This document shows, in pieces, positions 55,190 through 64,000 of a stretch of 64,000 bases of DNA (its first letter is position 1; each line of letters starts with the position of its first letter). The stretch is from Octopus vulgaris. Its lineage: Eukaryota. Position numbers and translations under genes: made by a program. The DNA is taken from assembly GCA_951406725.2 (NCBI GenBank), contig OX597823.1, positions 74,152,001 to 74,216,000 on the forward strand. Reading direction: 5' to 3'. The notes under the pieces were generated by a model. The model saw nothing but the letters and a program-made list of their open reading frames with translations. It ran no database searches and was not told the origin of the DNA.

Positions 55190-56141
55190 GGTTAGAGGAA
55201 TATTCTGAGTTCGATTCCAAGCAGTGACCTGAATAATAATAACAATAATAATAATAATAATAATAATAATAAAGCAAGACGTGACAGAGTCGGCCAGTAT
55301 TTACACTGGACAATGAACTACCAAGCCAATGTTATAAAAAATGGAGCTGACCCAAAATGCCGATTCTGAAACAATGAGATCGAAACTATAGACCACCTAA
55401 TTTCAGGGTGTAGAGTCTTAGCACCTGTAGAATATAAAGCAAGACATGTCAGACTGAACAATATGTCGGCATTATAAAATAAAAACCGCTGACAAATTGT
55501 ATAAACACCTTCCTGAAGCTGTGACTGAGGGAGAAAATGTTTCGATTCTCTGGGACTTCCTCGTACATACCGACAAAACTATAAAAGCTAATAAACCGGA
55601 TATTATTATAATAGATCAGACAAAAAGGTGCGTTTTATGAATTGACATGAGTATTCCTTGCGATCACAATATAGCGGCGAAAGAATTAGACAATATTCAG
55701 TAAATATAAAGACTTGTTAATAGAAATTGAAAGAAAATGTGGCATCTCAAGGCGACTCATGTACTGAAAAGAGCATTATCACTGTGAAAGCAACATCCAT
55801 TCATGAATTTATTTATTTATTAATATCTTAAAATACATATTTTACTTGTGAATTTGCGTGTGTAATCTGGGAATGTATACGATGAGCTTCTCTGCCCTAG
55901 GTATACGGAAAACACTCGGCGAGAAATGGAAGAAAATTTGAAGAAAGCAGAAAAAAAATAATAATGATAATAACATCGAAAAATCCCTTAGGAATGAGAA
56001 CCCAGGTTTGAAACCTCCCCAAGCCACTTGTTGAAGGCTTGAGGGTATGTCAGTCGAAATTTTGTGTTATCAAACAAAACGAGGACAAATTTAAATAATG
56101 TAAATAATGTATATAATTTCTCATCTATGAAATATAGAACC

Positions 56142-56142
<1 letters not shown>
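55190..56142 (+). mobile_element. Third copy of the tRNA-head/(AAT)n/hammerhead element, split at its (AAT)n by a LINE
   Basis: gagttcgattccaagcagtgacctgaataat (55207-55240) resumes at about 55958 with aataatgataataacatcgaaaaat...ggaatgagaacccagg... and ends atatagaaccg. Confidence 0.82.
55271..55957 (+). mobile_element. R4/Dong-like LINE 3' fragment (zinc knuckle and restriction-like endonuclease)
   Basis: DPKCRF*NNEIETIDHLISGC...EYKARH, ILWDF..HTDKTIKANKPDIIIID, IDMSIP, KYKDL. Confidence 0.85.
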
Positions 56143-56195
<53 letters not shown>

Positions 56196-56197
<2 letters not shown>

Positions 56198-56950
56198 CAA
56201 AAAATGACAAGATCTACAGGACTTGCTAGCAATTGTTAAACAGTGCATTGATGGCATCAGGATGCAATTTGGCCTCGATTAATGTGCAAAAGCTACCTTT
56301 ATCAGAGGAAAAAATGATAGAAACTCCCAACGTTAATCTTGACCAATAGAATGTCATAGAGGAGAGCTAGAAATACGTAGCGGTATTTGAAGGTGATGGA
56401 ATCAGACATTCAATGATGAGGGAAAGGATCAGTAACGAATGTTATCGCAGGGTAAGTGCAATACTCAAGACAGAGATGAATACAAGAAACAGGATCGAAG
56501 CGATCACTACTTTAGCCATACCAATCGTGACTTACAATTTCAATATCATTAACTGGTCAATTACTGAAATATGTAATCTTGACAGAAAAATACGAAAATT
56601 GTTGACAATGCATAGAATGCACCACCCTATGGTAGATATAAAACGATTTTACCTGTCAAGAAAAGAGGGTGGCCATGGACTTTTACAACTAGAATTAACT
56701 ATGAAGATTACCATAATTAGCCTAAACACTTACCTGAAAAACTCTGATGGCTGGATGTTAAAACTTGTCTTAAAGCACAAAAATAAGAAAACATCATACT
56801 CAGTAATAAAAGAGGCAAAGGAATATAATTCCAAATACAACAATACCAAGAATTAGACATATTGGAAACAAGCACAGAAAAAGCTAAGCGTATGATAACC
56901 CGTGCTAAAAACTGCTGCCTTAGATTTTCTTACTGATAAATGGCAGTAAG
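56196..56950 (+). mobile_element. R4/Dong-like LINE RT/thumb fragment
   Basis: IRMQFGLD*CAK, then ORF 56413-56856 with YRRVSAILKTEMN...LDRKIRKLLTMHRMHHP..DIKRFYLSRKEGGHGL. Confidence 0.88.
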
Positions 56951-57225
56951 AATATATATATGATTATATATAAATGGCCGTAAGAATATATATATATATA
57001 TATATAAAGAATGGGGGTTTAGTTCACAGGTGATCTAAACGATTAGACATGCTTGGTCAGTGTTGTAACGTCTTACTAGGGCTCCAAGGTTGTAGCCAAG
57101 ACGGCAGTTATGGAGCCATTGCAGATTCCCGATATAGCGGATATATAATTCTTAAAGAGGATAACAAACGTTAAGGCAAGTCAAACATCTCAAGTCTATA
57201 CATTATTATTATCGGAAAAAATTCA

Positions 57226-57281
57226 GTCTTACAGCTGTTTCTGGAATATCGCAGAGTATGGGATATTCCGTCATCGGAGAC
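57226..57281 (-). ncRNA. Type I hammerhead motif
   Basis: gtct-CCGATGA-cggaatatc...gatattcca-GAAAC-agct-GTA-agac. Confidence 0.72.
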
Positions 57282-57361
57282 AAATAGAGAAAATGAGAAG
57301 AGTATAGATTAATGAAATAACATTATTTCATTAATCTATACTCTTCTCATTTTCCCTGTTA

Positions 57362-57417
57362 GTCTCTGATGACGGAATATCCCATGCTCTGGGATATGCT
57401 GGAAATAGCTTTAAGGA
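57362..57417 (+). ncRNA. Type I hammerhead motif, second arm
   Basis: gtct-CTGATGA-cggaatatccca...tgggatatgctg-GAAAT-agct-TTA; stem III is damaged. Confidence 0.6.
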
Positions 57418-58599
57418 TTTGAATTTTGTCTAATAATGACTTGAGATTTTAGCCTTGCCTTAATATTTGTTGTCCTCTTTAATAATTATGTATATATATA
57501 TATATGCGCGTGTTTACACACACACACACACACACGCATATATATATATACATATACATGTGTGTGTGTATGTGAAGTTCGGCCTTGCGGATAAAGTCGG
57601 CTACATTTTTCTCACATTAGTGAATGTCTTCGAATGTAATCAACCTCAATGAGAGCTTGGGTAGAATTCTTACGTCGAACAACTGGAGGGTTTTAGCTGT
57701 TTCTGTTTCAAAGGAAAATTTTATGCAATATACTTCATTGCATTAACTTTGAAAAAAACAAACAAACAAATACTGAATGCTTAATGTATTTTTATTCAAT
57801 GATCTATAAAAAGTTCAATTACGTCTCAGTTTTCCAAACCGCATCTGCGGAACTGGCAACTATCTCTTCCATTTAAATGTATATTAATACATTCATATTA
57901 ATCCAGTTTAAAATGATAATGTTATTTACTCTATGTGTTATTATACAGATCAGTGAGGTTAATGGTAGAAATGGATAAAGTTAAATAAAACTTGATATGG
58001 GAGAGTGTACTTCAATAGTGTTATTCTTACTTTGTGCTCAGAATAATCTCATTTATAATGTAATCGGATTAGTTAAGAATGGACGTGTGAATAAAGTTTT
58101 GATGAACATACTTATTTTATTATCTTTTTCTGCATTAAGCAAGACAGTTCTTCTAGATATTTGATTTATATGTTTTCTGTAAAGTCATGTCCTCACCTTT
58201 GTTTGGCTTGGGCCTTCAAAAGAAGTCGGATCCATTGTTTCCAACCATTGGTTTGCAATCTTGACGCAAGCAGCCTGACAAAGAATGAGGTTAAAATCAT
58301 AGTATTAATCAAGTAAGCTTATTTAATGAAAAATATCTGGTTAAGTATAAACCAACTTATCGATAGCTTGGATTATGTTTAACTAGATATTTTTCTCATA
58401 CAATTTTCGGGGTGTCGTCGGTTATACAGAAAGATGGTCACTGGTTGCATGAGATTTTGTGCAAGAAATGTTACTTGTGAGTGAACATATTTTTTGTTTG
58501 AAAGGTAAAATAATTCGGCGTATTTAAGCATTAGTTGCGTCTTGTCGATTAGTATTAATTAGGTCAATGTACTTAAGAGAGGTCAATGCTTTTAAGAAA

Positions 58600-58639
58600 A
58601 TTTTCATACGTGTTTAAAATTTTAAACACGTATGAAAAT
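58600..58639. repeat. Perfect 40-bp spacerless palindrome
   Basis: attttcatacgtgtttaaaa|ttttaaacacgtatgaaaat. Confidence 0.95.
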
Positions 58640-58640
58640 A

Positions 58641-58772
58641 CTCCTCGATAGGCTAAAAAAAACACAATGCTCATATATTCACTAGAGCTACGGAACCGTC
58701 CACGACGTCGTGGACGGCTCCGTAGCTCTAGTGAATATATGAGCATTGTGTTTTTTTTAGTCTATCGGGGAG
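58641..58772. mobile_element. Spacerless palindromic MITE-like element flanked by TA
   Basis: 66-bp arms with 3 mismatches centred on cacgac|gtcgtg; ends TA-CTCC...GGAG-TA. Confidence 0.7.
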
Positions 58773-58949
58773 TATGCGTGGTGGGGGTTTTTGATACGTA
58801 GAGAAAGAATGTGCGTACGACATATGTTTGGATTTCTAATGTAAGAAGTATTTTCCACTTAGACAGGTTTAGTTGCTTTTATAGATCCATTTTGAGATAC
58901 TAGACCTTAAAGTCTCCTACGTCAACTTTAATTTTAAAAGCAACTTGCG

Positions 58950-59012
<63 letters not shown>

Positions 59013-59026
59013 ACATACATATATAT

Positions 59027-59484
59027 TGGCGCAGGATTGGCTGCGTGGTAAGTAGCTTGGTTATGAATCACATGCTTCTGGGTTCAGTCCCACTGCGTGG
59101 CACCTTGGGCAAGTGTCTTCTACTATAGCTTCGGACTGACCAAAGCGTTGTGAGTGGATTTGGTAGACGGAAACTGAAAGAAGCCCGTCGTATATATGTA
59201 TATATATATATATGCATACATACATGCATACATGCATACATACACACATACATATATATATATATGTATGAGTGTGTATATGTTTGTGTGTCTGTGTTTG
59301 TCACCCCAACATCGCTTGACAACCGATGTCTACGTCCCCGTAACTTAGCGGTTCGGCAAAAGAGACCGATAGAATAAGTAATAGACTTACAAAGAATAAG
59401 TCCTGGGGTCGATTTGCCCGACTAAATGCGGTGCTCCAGCATGGCCACAGTCATATGACTGAAACTAGTAAAAGAGCAAAGAGT
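59027..59484 (+). mobile_element. Full-length family-B SINE
   Basis: Head tggcgcaggattggctgcgtggtaag...gggttcagtccc; internal microsatellite; tail cagtcatatgactgaaactagtaaaagag. Confidence 0.92.
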
Positions 59485-60488
59485 ATATATATAATATACA
59501 TACATACATACATACACACACACACATGTATGTATGCATGTATTTTTAATTAATATGGAGAACTGATAGAAACCATTAACTTCACCTCTGTTTCGAGACT
59601 GAAATTCACTTTCATTATATTAGTTTAATAAGTCAATGTAAACGATACGAATCCTACTTGCAATTGTCTCGTGTTCCATTATCCTGTCGACGAATAATAG
59701 CAGCCTGATCAGTTTCGCTGTCTCTTACTTCCATATTCTTCTCTCACTTTTATTTGATTTCATTTTGCGACAAATGTTTTCTTCTTACTAAAATTCTTAT
59801 TCTTATTGATTCGTCGCCTTTCTTTAGTTTCTTCTGTTCGTAAGTGGCATATTCCTTTTACGACTCTCTCTTTTTCTATCCTGATCTTTCTTCTATTTTT
59901 TTTCCCCAATGAATAACCTATTTGAAGGTAGTTTTCTCTCTTTGTATTCTCCTTATCCCCAATACTTCTTGAGATTCACTAATTCTTTCCAAATATTTTC
60001 TTAAATCCACTTTTTTTTCTGGTCTCCTTTTCTGCAATCAAGAATGTTTCCTGCCTTAGGTGTTTGCGGTTGTGACAGTTTCTGCTTAATTTGTCATTCT
60101 CTTTGAATCTGTTTTTAATTACTCATGATAATTTGTGTTGTAATTCTTGTTTAGTTTAATACATTTTGTTTCATGAAAGAAATATCCGAAAATCTATGCA
60201 CATACGTCCGTTTCACTAAAAAAACTGGTTGAGTACGTTTGTGTAGAATATGGTATATGAGCTAATTAGATTTTCGATTTTTAATTATAGAATATTTTGT
60301 AGTAAAAGAAGCGATAAAAGAGAAAATGTCAAGGCGTAATAAAGTTTGTGATGTCACTGAGTTCTTGGCTACTCTCTCTCTGTTTCTAGCTCTCTGTCTC
60401 TCTTCCTCTCTACGTTTAAATTATCTTCGAATCTACTGTATTTATGTATGATTGTGTGCCTGCGTGCATGTATTTAAGTTGTATGCAC

Positions 60489-60519
<31 letters not shown>

Positions 60520-61051
60520 TGTATGTATGTATGTATGTATGTATGTATGTATGTATGTATGTGTGTGTGCTTGTGTGTGTGTGACTGCAAGCGTGTGCGT
60601 GTGTGTCTGTTTGTATTGTGAAAGTTCAATGAACGATGGAGTCATTTAATGCATATTTGTGCAAAACACACTCATTGCTACATTTAAAACATAATTACAT
60701 AAATGATGGTGCTTATATAAGTTTATTCATTTCACCTGTTACCAGTTATTGGATTGTAGCCACGCAGAGGAATGGCCTTCAGGAGTTTAATCGAATAAAT
60801 CGACACCACTAATTGTGTTTAATCTTATTATGTATTTCATCAGAAGTATTTACGAACTGCTATGTTACGGTACATCAACACTATTTGTTTTAAGCGGCTT
60901 AAACGTACGCGCATAGATCTATCTATCTATCTGTCTGTCTGTCTGTATTTTTAGAATATTCGCGTAAACTGGCGTTGCAAATGGAGGTGGTACGGAAAGT
61001 GTAACTTATATTTAAAGATGAGTTAAATAATTCTTTTTGTCTTCTTTCCAT

Positions 61052-61101
<50 letters not shown>

Positions 61102-61303
61102 TATATACATATATATATATATATATATGCATGTTTGTGTTCCTTCGTGTCTCTATTTGTCCCTCCCCGCTATCACTTGTTGGTGTGTTTATAACCCATA
61201 ACTTAGCGATTCAGCAAAACGGACCGATAGAATAAGTAAAATAGAACGACCACAGTGAAATTACTGAAAACTGTAAAAGAATAACAGAATGTGTGTATGC
61301 ATG

Positions 61304-61398
<95 letters not shown>

Positions 61399-61584
61399 TT
61401 ATCTATTTATAAAACGGGTGTCCTTAACGTTTCTATCAACTAAATTTCCTGCAAACTATTAATATAGAGGTTATGCCTAAGGTACTATGCAAAAATACGA
61501 AAAGCAAGAACCATATAATTACTAAGCGAATTTCTTGCACCAATGCTGTTATTTTTAGGAGGTCATAGCTCAGTGGGGCATCTA

Positions 61585-62833
61585 TTGAATCATCCCATAA
61601 AGAATGCAGTTTTTTCAATTGTACGAACTTAAAATCGGATGGGGATGTGATAAACTACTTGCATCAACTTGCAATAAAATCAGGTAGTAATTTTTCCTTG
61701 TCTTTATTATTAGTGCAATTTTTGAAGAATGCTGTTCGATTTCAGCAGTTATCTTTTCAAAGATATGATAGAAGTGACAAAACAGCATATTCAGTATATT
61801 TTGCTTTGTGAGCTCAATAAAGGCAACAATGCAATGGAAAGTGTGAGGAATATTAATGCAGTATATGAGGATCGGACAATAAGCGTAAGCCAGTGAAGCG
61901 TAGTTCCAGAAATTCCGAACCGGAAACTACAACCTAGAAGAAGAGCCTCGTCCTGGAAGATCTGTAGAGCTCGACGAGGACATCCTGCAAACCCTTTTGG
62001 AACAAAACCCCATCGTAATTGCTGAGGAACTATTAGAAAAGCTTGGATTTGGTCATTTAACCATTCATCGATATCTGCGTGCCATCGGAAACGTCAGCTA
62101 ATTGGGTCAATGTATTCCTCACAAACATCCTGAGTTTAATCGTGCGCAGAGTGTGAATGTGTGCTCTTCTTTGCTGTCAATTCTCACGATTGATCCTTTT
62201 TTGGAAAGAATAGTGACTGGTGACGAGAAATGGGTTCTATATAAAAATGTCAAGCGCCGAAGACAGAGTGTAGGGAAAGGAGAAACATAGGCACCCCAGG
62301 CTAAAGAAGGTGTTCACCTACGTAAGGTGTTGTTATCTGTTTAAACCCCAACCAAACTATAACAAAGGAGATCTATTGCAAGCAACCTGAGTGGCTTAAG
62401 TCATTGCTTGAAGAAAACGGCTTTCTTTGGTTTCAAGACGAAAGGTGTTCGTCTATGAGGATAATGCTCGGCCACATACAGCGAGGATGACATTCCAAAG
62501 GCTGGAACAGTTTGAATGAGAAACAATGCCCTACCCACCATATTTGCCGGACATTGCCCCAACTGATTATCATTTATTCAGCAGTCTTCAAAATCATTTG
62601 GACGGGAAAAAAATGAATTCTGTAGACGAAGTCAGAACAGTACTGGAGGGGTACTTTCATCACGGACAAGTGAGTTTGAGAAGAGGAGCCATGCAAGACT
62701 ATCAGATAAATGGAAGAGCATTGTAGAAAATGGAGGAGAGTATATTTTAAATTAAAACAGAACTGTGTTTATCTTAATTTTAAAAACTAAAAGAAGTATA
62801 AAAAACAAACGCATTATTCATGGGATGACCGAA
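61585..62833 (+). mobile_element. Near full-length mariner (DD34D), inactive; transposase remnant about 61765-62755
   Basis: TIRs ttgaatcatcccataaagaatgc and gcattattcatgggatgaccgaa with TA flanks; motifs PRPGR, IVTGDEKWVLY, EDNARPH, YPPYLPDIAPTDYHLF; stops and an internal deletion. Confidence 0.92.
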
Positions 62834-63327
62834 TACTAACTTTCATTTACATAGCACTGCAGTTACGCCTAGTCGTATAAACTTAACCCTGATATATACA
62901 TAAAGATGTAATATAAGAATATTAAGATTTGTTAAATCTTTGCCAATCTTTACTAGCCAGCAGCATAATTTTATTGATAGACTATATCTTCGATTTCATT
63001 CCAAATTTAAGACTGTAAAGTTAAAATTGTTTACTTCTTGATGTAAAGTGAAGAGGAATAGATAACAACTCTCAAGACAGAAGTGGTGACCAATATATAG
63101 TAATGATTATAGATTTCAGAAATGATGTCTCTGAAAACTGTATAATAAATACTACCTATGTAGACTTTTACATCATCTAAGCAATCAAATGTTTCAAACA
63201 AAATATAATTTCAAAGAAAATTATACTTTTCATGTTTCTCAGCAAACTTTCATTCATTTAAAGATTTTCAAAATAACTGTTGTAGTTCCATGGACAGACA
63301 CTATTAGTATTTCATAAGTCCTACTTG

Positions 63328-63860
<533 letters not shown>

Positions 63861-64000
63861 CCGCAATATAGAGAGCTAGTTAACTATCTAGCTTATGACA
63901 TAAATGGGCAGAGAACGAAGTTGAACACAATAGATTATAATAGAACTTATTCAGTTGATTAATCCACATAGGTTGTGTAACGAAATGTTAAGTGAAATAA

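Larger units (their letters stand above)
57141..57495. mobile_element. ~350-bp palindrome of a Penelope-type terminal repeat, one hammerhead per arm
   Basis: Arms meet at gaaataa-ca-ttatttc (57314-57329); inserted in (TA)n. Confidence 0.82.

Overview
AT-rich, gene-poor eukaryotic genomic DNA made mostly of microsatellites and transposable elements. The repeat types resemble those of a coleoid cephalopod such as Octopus; this is an inference, not something the sequence proves. No intact protein-coding gene is evident and almost all listed ORFs are microsatellite or antisense artefacts. Recognisable content: at least four tRNA-derived SINE families (several copies with clean target-site duplications, TSDs), two full-length but dead mariner transposons plus mariner/Tigger relics and MITEs, fragments of R4/Dong-, RTE- and CR1-type LINEs, a Helitron helicase relic, a Penelope GIY-YIG relic, and two weakly supported minus-strand exons. 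The most interesting observations are: (i) a family joining a tRNA-like Pol III head, an (AAT)n tract and a minimal hammerhead ribozyme, inserted as Penelope-style inverted pairs (7582-8174, 41752-41887, 55190-56142), plus other hammerhead families; (ii) a 5-kb head-to-tail array of gag/ORF1-only retroelements (CCHC knuckle, no RT) whose 3' tail resembles that of the commonest SINE; (iii) a LINE and a SINE sharing a 3' hairpin with compensatory changes; (iv) Dong-type LINE fragments located at (AAT)n tracts of the hammerhead element; (v) several long palindromes, one probably an assembly artefact.
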